Origin: a virus | Taxonomy: Duplodnaviria; Caudoviricetes | Reading direction: 5' to 3' (one strand) | Virus record (IMG/VR): IMGVR_UViG_3300047390_000028 | Coordinates: 1 to 36,250 of that record | Length of the DNA stretch: 36,250 bases | In this document: positions 25,566-34,322 of the stretch, piece by piece | Numbering within the stretch: the stretch's first letter is position 1 | How the letters are laid out: every line of letters begins with the position of its first letter | Made by a program: the position numbers and the translations under genes | The notes under the pieces: generated by a model | What the model was told of the DNA's origin: nothing | Seen by the model: only the letters and a program-made list of their open reading frames with translations | Databases searched by the model: none

Positions 25566-25859
25566 TCAAACTCCAATCAAAATTTCGTCCACTTTAGACG
25601 GGTCTTTCTCGTCAGTGGCGTGAATACAAAACCAAACGCAATCTGTGACGGCCTTGACGCCGTGCGTCATTCCAGCCTTAATTTCAATGCAAGCTGGCGC
25701 ATCAACAATGTCAATCTCAGTGCCTCGCAAAACCGCGACTTTGCCTTTTGCAAGAATGGACAAGTGGCTGAAATCATGCGTATGCTTCAGGATGGCTGTA
25801 CCAGCCGCAAATGCGGTTTCTTTGGCGTACAACCCATCGCTGAAGTGGTGCGTGATCAT
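25566..25859 (-). CDS. Cupin-fold protein
   Basis: KHTHDFSH...GKV and GMTHGV...CIH cupin motifs; ATGA overlap gives start 25859. Confidence 0.7.
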   Translation of the reverse strand: MITHHFSDGLYAKETAFAAGTAILKHTHDFSHLSILAKGKVAVLRGTEIDIVDAPACIEIKAGMTHGVKAVTDCVWFCIHATDEKDPSKVDEILIGV

Positions 25860-26590
25860 GCCGTGCGTTTCCACATGTACACAGTGATGTAAGGCTGGTA
25901 GTTGGCGTTTGTGCCGCTTGTGCCAGCAGATGCAGTTGTAATTGTGTGGGTATGAGTTGGGATGGTAAGAGTCGCTGTGCGTTGACTGCCAGTACCAGCT
26001 GCACCTTGGGGACGATTGCCCACGCTATCAGATAAAGCAAGCACTCCAGTTGCAGAACTAAACGGGCCAAAATCACCGCCTACGCCGCCTGTAACAGACC
26101 CAGAGGACGAACCCCCTGCATCAGTTGTACCAGTGTGCGTGTGGCTTGGCAGAGTAGCATCTGCACTACCACCAGTTTCTTCAGCCGTGTCAAACAAAGC
26201 ATTGCCAGAGTCAAAGCCCACCATAACTCGGCCAGCGCCAAAGGCCGTCCAAGTACCAAAACCCAACAGAGTGCCAGGATTGGTGCTGACAGTGGCGTTG
26301 GTGTAGATTGAGCCTACTGGGTACAGCAGCGCAACCGCCGCCTGTACGAAGGCAGTAGTGGCAAGCAAAGTTGTACTGTTACCGGCAGTTTGCGTAACCG
26401 CCGTAGTACCGGTAGGCAATGATGGCGTTCCGGTAAAAGTAGGGCTAGCCAAGTCAGCTTTGGTTGCAATAGCCACCGAAATGTTGACAAACTCGGTGTT
26501 GATCTCCGTGCCTTTGACGATCTTTAACGGGTCGCCAGAAGTCAGCGCGTCTTTGGTTGCGAAGTTAGTGCTCTGTGTATAGTTACTCAT
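25856..26590 (-). CDS. Short tail fibre/spike with T4 gp10 C-terminal-like domain
   Basis: SPTFTGTP, YPVGSIY...NPGTLLGFGTW...GAGRV, HTH repeats, QPYITVYMWKRTA. Confidence 0.78.
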   Translation of the reverse strand: MSNYTQSTNFATKDALTSGDPLKIVKGTEINTEFVNISVAIATKADLASPTFTGTPSLPTGTTAVTQTAGNSTTLLATTAFVQAAVALLYPVGSIYTNATVSTNPGTLLGFGTWTAFGAGRVMVGFDSGNALFDTAEETGGSADATLPSHTHTGTTDAGGSSSGSVTGGVGGDFGPFSSATGVLALSDSVGNRPQGAAGTGSQRTATLTIPTHTHTITTASAGTSGTNANYQPYITVYMWKRTA

Positions 26591-28146
26591 ACTGTCTTCC
26601 CGTCCTTTGATTGGATTTCAATCCGCTGAATTGACAAGGCTGAACCATTGATGTTTGATTCATAGCCTGTTTGCACGATTTTACCGCTACCGCTGGCAGA
26701 AACGCTTAAAGTTTGCAAAGCAACACCGTTAGCGTATTGGGCAAGCACCGTGGCATTTGCGCCATACTCAGCAATCCCGTACTCAGAAACCGCCTGAGTT
26801 GGGATTTGCGCGTTAGTTGAAAGATAGTTGGTACTGAAGTCAAAGCCCCACTTAAGCGTGACAAATTGGTTTGTACCGCCGATCACGACCACCTTGAGCC
26901 GCTTAAGCAGCGAGGTGACATTGGCATTGCCTAAATCAGCATGATTGGTGTAGTACAGCAGCCGATATGCCGAGGTGTCATCTTGTGCGCCCGTGTACTT
27001 GGCAACATAGCTCGTCTTGCCCAGCAGCAGATCACCATTGCGCCTTGAAAGCAACGCTGTAGGCTCAATAGAGTCCCAAGTGGTGACCCTGAACGATCCA
27101 TCTTGCAGCTGCCCACGGGTATCAAAGCAAAATACCTCTTTGACAAACGGCAGCGTAATCAGGTAAAACGCCTCTGTTTCAGAGTAAACCGACTTAATGT
27201 TTGCCAGCGTTTCGCCAGCAACGATGTTCATAAAGTCACTACGCACATTCTTGGACAGATCGCCAATCGGCACTGACTTCTCAATGACTGTACGCGCAAA
27301 TGATCTCACGCCTGAATTAGACAAAAACAAAACATCTTTGCCAGTGCCTTGGATCGAGTCTCTGGCGATGCAACCAATACCTGCCACGGTGTCGGCCAGT
27401 GTGATGGTTGCGGGTGTTGTCGCACCCGAATACACCAAAATCTGGCGCTGACCGAAGATGATCAGGAAATTGTTATGAGCCGCCAAGCCGGTAATGTTGT
27501 CCGCGCCGTTAGGCCAAACTAGGTTGGTATTGAGAGAACCTGATGTACCCGTTGACCAGACATGACCGGCAAGCAGATCAGAGAAAAAGACCGTGGTGTT
27601 GTCCGATGCCGTATCTGCCACCCACAAGCGGCCATAGGCGCTTATAGCAATGTTGCCCGAGGGTACAGTACCAACGTAGCCTGACTTCTCACTAACGCGC
27701 CTGAAGGTCGTGGTGCTGACAGCAGGGTCAAAGATCAGCGGATCGTGGCCTGTCTGAAAGAAGTAGGTAATGCCGTTGAGCGAGGCGCAAGCCCAGTTAT
27801 TTGCCGTAATCGTAGGTGCTGTGCCACCGCCGCCGTAGGTCAATTCAACCACTGCATTGCTGCCATCTAGCTTAAACAGCTTGTTGTTGCCAGCAAAGAG
27901 GATTGTCAGAGTGCCATCAGTCTGCACCAACTCATGAATTACAGCAGGGGCATTAGCGCCCAAAGCACCAGCAGATGCATTAACTCGCGCCCAGCCCTTG
28001 CGTGAGCCGATACGCCCAAACTGGTCAATCACGCAATTGGTAGCAACCAGCGCAAAGCCAGCCGCCAAGTCCAAAGGCGAGTCTTGCGTATTCAGGCCAA
28101 AGAATCCTGGCGCTGAAATGCTGGCAGTCTGGAGGGCTTGGCTCAT
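26587..28146 (-). CDS. Tail nozzle / tubular protein B (P22 gp10-like)
   Basis: 519-aa beta-rich protein after the adaptor; GLN start motif, GIGCIARDSI. Confidence 0.75.
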   Translation of the reverse strand: MSQALQTASISAPGFFGLNTQDSPLDLAAGFALVATNCVIDQFGRIGSRKGWARVNASAGALGANAPAVIHELVQTDGTLTILFAGNNKLFKLDGSNAVVELTYGGGGTAPTITANNWACASLNGITYFFQTGHDPLIFDPAVSTTTFRRVSEKSGYVGTVPSGNIAISAYGRLWVADTASDNTTVFFSDLLAGHVWSTGTSGSLNTNLVWPNGADNITGLAAHNNFLIIFGQRQILVYSGATTPATITLADTVAGIGCIARDSIQGTGKDVLFLSNSGVRSFARTVIEKSVPIGDLSKNVRSDFMNIVAGETLANIKSVYSETEAFYLITLPFVKEVFCFDTRGQLQDGSFRVTTWDSIEPTALLSRRNGDLLLGKTSYVAKYTGAQDDTSAYRLLYYTNHADLGNANVTSLLKRLKVVVIGGTNQFVTLKWGFDFSTNYLSTNAQIPTQAVSEYGIAEYGANATVLAQYANGVALQTLSVSASGSGKIVQTGYESNINGSALSIQRIEIQSKDGKTV

Positions 28147-28790
28147 ATCGCCACAAACTCTTGGTTTTCTGGATAGCGTGTGCCTTCCAGTGCAATCTGG
28201 TCAGATAGCATGGCGCGGTAAAGCTGGTAAGCCTCAGATGAACTTAAACCGCCGTCCTCGCCGCGCTCCACCAGCGCCCGTGCGTATGCGTTTTGCACAA
28301 CTAGAGTGTCAGGAACAAGTACAGATGTGCCATCAGCGGCCAATGTAGCTTGTGGCACTGTCAGGCTAAACGGGATGTTGAAGACCCCATCAGGGCGGGG
28401 ATACAGCACCACCTTGGTGTCGCCATTGCCGTCCACGCCGTCAAAAGCGTAATATTGAGGGATGCCGTTTGTTGTTGGAACAAGGTTTTGGTAGCGATTC
28501 ATCTCAACAAAACTGATGTTTTGTAGACCGATGTTTGATGTGGTGTTGATCGCGTCTTGTACTTGGAACTTCTGTCCAGCACCCGTCATTGAATAGATGT
28601 AAGTCGCTGCCACCGTGGTGATGGTGACTGTCTGACCCAGCACGTTCCAGCTGAAGGCATCCTCAATTTGACGCTTTGCATCGTTAACAAACAAGCCGAT
28701 TAGGGTTGAATAAGTTGTTTCGTTGTTGGTGGAGACTTGCGTCTCACGCAAACGAATCAGCACATTGTTTATCAGTTGTAGGTAGGTCAT
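28143..28790 (-). CDS. Head-tail adaptor / tubular protein A
   Basis: MTYLQLINNVLIRLRE, FVNDAKR, GIPQYY, LYPRPD motifs; synteny. Confidence 0.75.
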   Translation of the reverse strand: MTYLQLINNVLIRLRETQVSTNNETTYSTLIGLFVNDAKRQIEDAFSWNVLGQTVTITTVAATYIYSMTGAGQKFQVQDAINTTSNIGLQNISFVEMNRYQNLVPTTNGIPQYYAFDGVDGNGDTKVVLYPRPDGVFNIPFSLTVPQATLAADGTSVLVPDTLVVQNAYARALVERGEDGGLSSSEAYQLYRAMLSDQIALEGTRYPENQEFVAI

Positions 28791-29122
28791 ATTCTTTGCG
28801 CTCCTTCAACCTCAAAGGTTGCTATAAAACTGAATGTACTTCCCGCTTGCGTAGTAATTTGAATCTTGTCGCCTTCTTCCAAAACAATGTACGCAGCACC
28901 ATCAAACTGAAGATACGCTTTTGAAGTGAAGTCGTAAGCCGTGAGAATATCGTAAGAAGTCGCAGTGCTTGCGTCATACCATTGCACTGTAATGTGCTTT
29001 GTCGATCCACCCGTGTTGTGAATGTACATCACAGTAAATTTGGCGTAATAACCCGTCGGCACTGTGTAGACAGTGGTCAATACCGCCGCAGCAGGGCTAA
29101 CTCCAACGGATGATGGCCTCAT
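28787..29122 (-). CDS. Small beta-rich virion protein
   Basis: TTVYTVP...IVLEEGDKI pattern; lies in the structural operon. Confidence 0.65.
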   Translation of the reverse strand: MRPSSVGVSPAAAVLTTVYTVPTGYYAKFTVMYIHNTGGSTKHITVQWYDASTATSYDILTAYDFTSKAYLQFDGAAYIVLEEGDKIQITTQAGSTFSFIATFEVEGAQRI

Positions 29123-29409
29123 TTGTTCCTCTTAGAGATAGCTTTGGCTTTCGCCTTTGCGTCTTCCTTGGACGTTGCGCCCCATGCTTTAAGAGAAAGT
29201 AAAAGTCGGGTAGGCTTTCCATCTTTCATCTCAGCGCCAGGCATATTGCCCATTCGTGCTAAAAAGGATGCCCTACGAGGGTTGTCTCCCGACTTCACTG
29301 GGGCTTTGAGATTGCCACCAGTCTCTGCATTATAAGATGAACGACCCTTTGCGTTCAAGCCCCCAGCCTTGGCTTGGCCTTCTTTTCGCTGCCAAGCTGG
29401 CGTTTTCAT
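29119..29409 (-). CDS. Basic conserved-type phage protein
   Basis: MKTPAWQRKEG...GGLNAKGR...RRASFLARM...SLKAW. Confidence 0.75.
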   Translation of the reverse strand: MKTPAWQRKEGQAKAGGLNAKGRSSYNAETGGNLKAPVKSGDNPRRASFLARMGNMPGAEMKDGKPTRLLLSLKAWGATSKEDAKAKAKAISKRNK

Positions 29410-29558
29410 TTCTTAGGTTTCTTCGCAGTCTTGGCCGCAGCCTTAAAGTCGGCAGCAGTAGGCGCGGCCTTAGAGCCGACCTTGTTCATCTTTTCGCCAG
29501 AGCCAGCTTTTATTCGAGCCTGTTTGGCGTTAATATTTGCGTAAAGTCCGGTTTTCAT
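29406..29558 (-). CDS. Lys/Ala-rich 50-aa protein
   Basis: Not in track; MKTGLYANINAKQARIKAGSGEKMNKVGSKAAPTAADFKAAAKTAKKPKK. Confidence 0.75.
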   Translation of the reverse strand: MKTGLYANINAKQARIKAGSGEKMNKVGSKAAPTAADFKAAAKTAKKPKK

Positions 29559-29698
29559 TTCTTCTTTACCTTTGCTTGTGAAAGCGCAATAGCCAATGCT
29601 TGCTTAGGATTCTTCACCACTTTTTTGTTGGTGGTCAATTCACCGGCCTTGAACTCGCGCATGACCTTGCTGATTTTCTTTTCAGCCTTGGTCTTCAT
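29555..29698 (-). CDS. Lys-rich 47-aa protein
   Basis: Not in track; MKTKAEKKISKVMREFKAGELTTNKKVVKNPKQALAIALSQAKVKKK. Confidence 0.75.
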   Translation of the reverse strand: MKTKAEKKISKVMREFKAGELTTNKKVVKNPKQALAIALSQAKVKKK

Positions 29699-29829
29699 TT
29701 CTTTTTGGCCTTGTTCGCCATGTTTGTAGCAGTGCGCTGGCCGCGCTTTGGCAACGGCTTTGGTTTGCCAACGGCCACAACAATAGTCATGGGCATGGCT
29801 TTTTTATCAGACATTTTTTTACCGTACAT
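29695..29829 (-). CDS. Lys-rich 44-aa protein
   Basis: Not in track; MYGKKMSDKKAMPMTIVVAVGKPKPLPKRGQRTATNMANKAKKK; AAGGA RBS. Confidence 0.7.
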   Translation of the reverse strand: MYGKKMSDKKAMPMTIVVAVGKPKPLPKRGQRTATNMANKAKKK

Positions 29830-29832
29830 GAT

Positions 29833-30018
29833 TTATCCTTTTGATTTACGAGGGCGACCCATCTTCTTGAGCGGTGCTAGCATGGGCAAAGGTTTGATTT
29901 CAGGCTCAACTTGCTCATCCAGACGCACATAGCCCTGATGACCACGCATAGAGTCAATGTCCACTGGCTGGGTAAAAGTCACAGTGTTGCCGGACTGCAA
30001 ACAGCGGAAAGTTGCCAT
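29833..30018 (-). CDS. Small protein with C-terminal GRPRK (AT-hook-like)
   Basis: 61 aa, AGGA RBS, ends KKMGRPRKSKG. Confidence 0.7.
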   Translation of the reverse strand: MATFRCLQSGNTVTFTQPVDIDSMRGHQGYVRLDEQVEPEIKPLPMLAPLKKMGRPRKSKG

Positions 30019-30027
30019 GATTATCCT

Positions 30028-30056
30028 AAAAAAACAGGGAGCCGAAGCCCCCTGTT
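30028..30056 (-). terminator. Intrinsic terminator after decoration gene
   Basis: AACAGGGGGC-TTCG-GCTCCCTGTT followed by a T-tract on minus. Confidence 0.85.
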
Positions 30057-30058
30057 AA

Positions 30059-30382
30059 TTACAACGCCCGAGCCACAATAAGTGACAGGGTAGTTGATGC
30101 CAAGTCCACAGAACTTGCTGTTGGGTTGTAGGTCACGATAGTCACAGTGTTAGCGGCTGAAACATAGGCTCTACGAACCAAACCTGCTTCATCAACGCCA
30201 ATTGCCATACCGATAACCATATCGCCCAAAGCAACGCCTGGGACAGTCACTGTGTCTGTAGCCGTAGCAGTAGTGGCTACTGATGCGCTATTCAGAGTAC
30301 AGGAAACGTCCCAAGTGTCTGTAAATAGACCACGGAACTGGTCATTGCCTCTGCGTGAGGTAACTGCTGTTGCTGCTGCCAT
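30059..30382 (-). CDS. Capsid decoration/cement-like protein
   Basis: Directly after capsid; TVPGVALGD...AYVSAANTV beta-rich pattern. Confidence 0.65.
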   Translation of the reverse strand: MAAATAVTSRRGNDQFRGLFTDTWDVSCTLNSASVATTATATDTVTVPGVALGDMVIGMAIGVDEAGLVRRAYVSAANTVTIVTYNPTASSVDLASTTLSLIVARAL

Positions 30383-30395
30383 TTTCTAACTCCTT

Positions 30396-30422
30396 AAAAA
30401 TAATGCCCCCATTGCTGGGGGC
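30396..30422 (-). terminator. Hairpin / leaky terminator after major capsid gene
   Basis: GCCCCC-AGCAAT-GGGGGC then ATTATTTTT on minus. Confidence 0.6.
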
Positions 30423-30428
30423 TTGGGG

Positions 30429-31391
30429 TTAGGCTGGCACTGCCAACGCATAGGCGCTAGAAGACAGAGCTGCACCAGTAGTAGCGGCTGCACGAAGTGC
30501 GGCAACGCCGTACAGGGTGTCCGATGTAAACAAAGTGGCAAGGTAGTCTTGCTTGTACTGAGTTTGTGAACGGATACCGATTTGCTCCACCAGAACCATT
30601 GCGTCCTTGTGACCCATCAGGCAGATACGATCTGTAGTGCTGTTACCAGCACCAGTATCAGCATTGCTAGATGTGAACACAGGGATGCCGTACAGATTAC
30701 CGATTTCACCAGTACGGATTGCATTGCCATTGCCCACAAAAGCCTGTTCCGTGTAACGGCTCAGACCCATCAGCGTGTTACGGCTGGATGGAGGGATCAG
30801 GAAAAAGCGATTGTCCATAGGAGTATCGTTATCGTCCAAACGCTGAATGGTGCGGCGAATAGCAGCATCAGTCAGAGCGGCAGCATTGGAAGTCGTGCTG
30901 TTGTAAGCAGTTGTGCCATCAGAGCCGATGAAAGCCTTGGTGGATGTGTTGCTTGTTGCATAGTCGTTAGTACCGACAGTAGCACCGTTAAATGCACGAC
31001 CCAATTGGATCAAGCTAGTGTCTACTTGCTTGGCTAGCGCATAGCCAGCGTCAGAAGTGTAGAACTGGCGCAAGCTGTTCAGGGCTTGTGCTTCAACGAT
31101 GTCCTCAATGAAACGTGAGTATTCAAAGTGCTTGTTAATGTCCACTTTAATCTCTGTTTCAGTATCGGCAATCAGAGTAACGGCAGTAGATGCTGCTTTC
31201 GCTGAAGCTGAACCACGGGTAGGTGCAGGGATGTGAACCGCATCGCCCTTCTTACCTTTGAAGTTCATCTTCATCACGATGTTAGCCAGTACAAGATTTT
31301 TCTTGTAGGCTGCGATGATTTCATCACTCCAGATTTCGGGGATGAACGTTGCTGCGGTGGTTACTGTTACCGCTGGGGTAGGATATGCCAT
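30429..31391 (-). CDS. Major capsid protein (HK97 fold, P22 coat-like)
   Basis: FIPEIWS, KGDAVHIP, GYALAKQVD, GEIGNLYGIPVF, DTLYG motifs; follows scaffold. Confidence 0.9.
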   Translation of the reverse strand: MAYPTPAVTVTTAATFIPEIWSDEIIAAYKKNLVLANIVMKMNFKGKKGDAVHIPAPTRGSASAKAASTAVTLIADTETEIKVDINKHFEYSRFIEDIVEAQALNSLRQFYTSDAGYALAKQVDTSLIQLGRAFNGATVGTNDYATSNTSTKAFIGSDGTTAYNSTTSNAAALTDAAIRRTIQRLDDNDTPMDNRFFLIPPSSRNTLMGLSRYTEQAFVGNGNAIRTGEIGNLYGIPVFTSSNADTGAGNSTTDRICLMGHKDAMVLVEQIGIRSQTQYKQDYLATLFTSDTLYGVAALRAAATTGAALSSSAYALAVPA

Positions 31392-31409
31392 GTTAATTCT
31401 CCAGTTAAA

Positions 31410-32141
31410 TTATCGAACACGACCCTCGGCATAAGCTGCCAGTATTTCATCGTTTAACGATTCATACCTTGAAGGGTCAGTCATTTTGAGACGAATAAGG
31501 TCAGCCCGTCGATAAACCCGTTTTGAACTCTCGCCAGAGCCACCAACATCAACTTGCGCTGCTTTCATGGTCTTGGTTCGTGCAGCAGTCTCTGCTTGCC
31601 CCGATTCCTTGGCCTTGATGCCACGCAATTCTTTGTAAGTAGACAACAATTCATTGGCCGAATCGAAATCAAAATCACCATCTGCTTTTGCATAAAGTCC
31701 CAAACGAATAGGTGAAGACTTCACCCACTCCTGAAACCCAGTATCGTTGACCACTTGGGCGTAGTCAGGATGCTCTGCATTGAGCCTCTGCTGAATCTGC
31801 ATCTTTTTGAAATCTTGACCCGCTTGTCGAGCCGCGAGAACATCTGGATGTTTATCAATCGTCGTTTGAACTGCTTTTTGAGGGTTCTCAAAAAAGTCAA
31901 CTTCCGGTTCAACCTCTACTTGTTGTTGCTTAGAACTGAGGTTTTGCTTGAGTAATTCGTCAGCGAGTTTGCGAACTTCGCCCACTTCTTGGGCTTGCTT
32001 GCCAATTAGCTTTTCAGCTTCTTGGTGCATCCGCACAACTTCTTCCAAACTTTTAGTCCTGTACTTGTCAGGAAGTTCAGTAGATTTTTTTTCCTCGATT
32101 TCAAGTTCACCTAGCGGCTCTTGTTCTTCATCAATCAACAT
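31410..32141 (-). CDS. Scaffolding protein
   Basis: LPDKYRTKS, EVGEVRK, coiled coil, ends AYAEGRVR; immediately upstream of capsid. Confidence 0.8.
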   Translation of the reverse strand: MLIDEEQEPLGELEIEEKKSTELPDKYRTKSLEEVVRMHQEAEKLIGKQAQEVGEVRKLADELLKQNLSSKQQQVEVEPEVDFFENPQKAVQTTIDKHPDVLAARQAGQDFKKMQIQQRLNAEHPDYAQVVNDTGFQEWVKSSPIRLGLYAKADGDFDFDSANELLSTYKELRGIKAKESGQAETAARTKTMKAAQVDVGGSGESSKRVYRRADLIRLKMTDPSRYESLNDEILAAYAEGRVR

Positions 32142-32190
32142 ATTATGTTCCTGCCAAAACGGTTGTAGGATAATTCAACTCGGCTTGCGC

Positions 32191-32418
32191 TTATGAGTTG
32201 GCTTTACGCTCTGCATTTAACTTTTCTCGGTGCTTTCTCTCGAACCTTCCATGCTCTGATGGAAACGAACCAGACCACCCTTCCAAGTTAAACGACGGAG
32301 CGCTTATGACACGGGAGGAAAACCCCCCGCATCTGCACAGCACACTGATCGTCTCATAATCGGTCAGTGCCTCTGTGCGTTGTCCGCAATCGCAGACAAA
32401 TTCATACATTCTTTTCAT
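32191..32418 (-). CDS. FmdB-like zinc-ribbon protein
   Basis: YEFVCDCG...CRCGG...RVISAP; GAGG upstream of ATG 32418. Confidence 0.7.
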   Translation of the reverse strand: MKRMYEFVCDCGQRTEALTDYETISVLCRCGGFSSRVISAPSFNLEGWSGSFPSEHGRFERKHREKLNAERKANS

Positions 32419-32641
32419 TGAGTTCCTCATATGCTTGTTCGCTGACCCCTTTAAGGGTTTTTAGCCAAATGAGAATAGAAATCTCGCCTTTGCGGAATTG
32501 TAGACTTTTTTCGTCCGCAATGGTAGACACATTGTTTAACGGGATGAGCATGTTGTCAACATCTTCCATCAGGTCAGCCCAGCCTTGGCGGGAGAACAGG
32601 TCAAACCTGTCTTCATAGTATTTTTGTAGCTCTGGATTCAC
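32402..32641 (-). CDS. Small conserved-type phage protein
   Basis: MNPELQKYYE...GW...LQFRKGEI; AGGAG RBS, GTG start. Confidence 0.75.
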   Translation of the reverse strand: MNPELQKYYEDRFDLFSRQGWADLMEDVDNMLIPLNNVSTIADEKSLQFRKGEISILIWLKTLKGVSEQAYEELNEKNV

Positions 32642-33246
32642 TGTTTGCTCCTAGATAACATGGTTGCTGCGATTTGAAGCATCGCTTTTGCTTGGTCAAG
32701 GTCTTCAGGCTGAGTAGCCCATCCAACCGTGATTTGCCCAACAAACCTGCCAGGTTCCGGCGGGACAGAAATACGGCATGTATAGCTGACTCCTCGGGCG
32801 ATATACCACAAACCCATTTCCGACTGGGCAGATTTGTATTCGCCACAAGGTATCTCACTTGCCATCAGTTTGACAACATCAGCGTTATTGGCCGCATTCT
32901 GGGTAAAAAGGCCAACATCCAGTCCGTCGTTGGTCTTATCCCTGCCGTTTTTGCCATACGCCCTATACAGAACTCTAGTCCCAAACATCGAGTTGACCTT
33001 GAAGACCGCAACAATCAAAGCACCAGATTGCTTGAAAAGGTGGGCGGCAGCGTCCTCAACCCTGTCTTCAGCAATTGTGGGTATCTTCTTTGACTCTTTG
33101 TACGCCCCGATCAGCAATTCTTGATTTGTATATACAAAATAGCCCGAAAAGGTCAAAACTGCCATAAGCACCATTGCAAACAGCCTGAAAGGGCTGGACA
33201 CATAGGCCAGCACCTTGTCTACTAGATTGAGGCGCTCATCTGCCAT
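32638..33246 (-). CDS. Single-TM protein with GAF-like C-terminal domain, T4 holin T-like
   Basis: One N-proximal TM, then YKESK, SGALIVAVF, GQITVGW, AATMLSRSK, collinear with my recollection of T4 gp t motifs. Confidence 0.55.
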   Translation of the reverse strand: MADERLNLVDKVLAYVSSPFRLFAMVLMAVLTFSGYFVYTNQELLIGAYKESKKIPTIAEDRVEDAAAHLFKQSGALIVAVFKVNSMFGTRVLYRAYGKNGRDKTNDGLDVGLFTQNAANNADVVKLMASEIPCGEYKSAQSEMGLWYIARGVSYTCRISVPPEPGRFVGQITVGWATQPEDLDQAKAMLQIAATMLSRSKQ

Positions 33247-33249
33247 AAC

Positions 33250-33720
33250 TCACCCGCGCTGCTCAAGAATGCCAAAGGTGAAATACCCAATGATCCCAAG
33301 AATTGCAAACAGGACAATCGCTACCAGCACGATCTCAACGACCTCATCGACCTCTTTCTTGCGCTTTTCAGCAGCCTCGCGTTCACGCCTAGCGTCATGG
33401 GCAGACTCAACATCCATCGCCGCTGCTCTGGACTTGATCTTGTTCCAGACATCAATCTTGCCTGACTGCATAAACAAGAGTTGTAACTCATCCTCAAAGC
33501 GCTTGGCCTGATCTAGCGCCATCTCTATCTGGATGGCAGTGCCCATCGAGGATTTGGACTTCTTGGCCTGTACAACAGCCTTGCTGGCGGTGGACTTGGC
33601 ATCAAAGTACTTGCCAAGCACAGGGCCAAGAGACGATACATCGTCAACAGTCTTGCTGACCTTCTTGATCAGGGCGACTGCTGCTTGGATACCCGCTAGC
33701 GCTGTTAATGGATCAATCAC
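33250..33720 (-). CDS. Membrane-anchored coiled-coil protein
   Basis: MIDPLTALA N-terminus, coiled coil, C-terminal TM; GTG start. Confidence 0.75.
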   Translation of the reverse strand: MIDPLTALAGIQAAVALIKKVSKTVDDVSSLGPVLGKYFDAKSTASKAVVQAKKSKSSMGTAIQIEMALDQAKRFEDELQLLFMQSGKIDVWNKIKSRAAAMDVESAHDARREREAAEKRKKEVDEVVEIVLVAIVLFAILGIIGYFTFGILEQRG

Positions 33721-33862
33721 TTTCCGCTACCTTTTTTGGTTCAGGTTTGCCTTTTTCCCGCCACTTTAAGCACCAGACCTGAAGCCTATCAGATGACCAT
33801 GACCACCTGACGCACTCTACCGCTGGTGCTTGGACTATGGGAATCGGCGGCAGGGCGTCCAT
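33713..33862 (-). CDS. 49-aa Trp/Cys protein
   Basis: Not in track; MDALPPIPIVQAPAVECVRWSWSSDRLQVWCLKWREKGKPEPKKVAESD; fills the gap exactly. Confidence 0.6.
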   Translation of the reverse strand: MDALPPIPIVQAPAVECVRWSWSSDRLQVWCLKWREKGKPEPKKVAESD

Positions 33863-33864
33863 GA

Positions 33865-34065
33865 TTACATCAGGATTTTCTTGAGCAATTCAGCGGCAAA
33901 GCCTGGCCCAAGCAGCGTGACAGCAATCAGCGCATAGAGGATGTATTCAATGCGAGACATCCGTTTGCTGCCCGACTCAAACGATTTCTGGATCGCCTCG
34001 TAGCGCAGCGCACAGACTTCCTCATGCGTGGCTAGCCGAGCATCTGTTGCGTCAATCTGGTTCAT
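33865..34065 (-). CDS. XhlA-like small coiled-coil + TM protein
   Basis: RLATHEEVCALRY...RMSRIE followed by a hydrophobic C-terminus. Confidence 0.7.
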   Translation of the reverse strand: MNQIDATDARLATHEEVCALRYEAIQKSFESGSKRMSRIEYILYALIAVTLLGPGFAAELLKKILM

Positions 34066-34313
34066 GGCATTGCATTAGCTGCGACTTGAGCCTGATACGC
34101 CGCAACCACTTCAGCAGTCCAAGCCGCATTGCAGATCGCCACGACATTGGCTGGTTGACCAGTGAGGTCTTGTGCTGGCGTCAGGCTTGTGCGGTGGTAG
34201 GTCTGAGCAATCTGGTCGCCGTCCTTGAGGATGCGTGTTGCCTCGCGGTACAGCACGATGCCGTTCTCAGTGACGGTAATTTGGTCGATGACTTTGGTTT
34301 CGGTGAGTGACAT
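34062..34313 (-). CDS. Fibre partner/chaperone-like protein
   Basis: MSLTETKVIDQITV...YHRTSLTP...ICNAAWT; follows the DDYEEGTWTP gene. Confidence 0.7.
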   Translation of the reverse strand: MSLTETKVIDQITVTENGIVLYREATRILKDGDQIAQTYHRTSLTPAQDLTGQPANVVAICNAAWTAEVVAAYQAQVAANAMP

Positions 34314-34322
34314 TTGGTTTCC

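Noticed and set aside
30383-30431. Capsid read-through or frameshift fusion to the decoration protein
   Set aside because: Clean TAA stop, hairpin and an independent AGGAG RBS; no slippery site evident.
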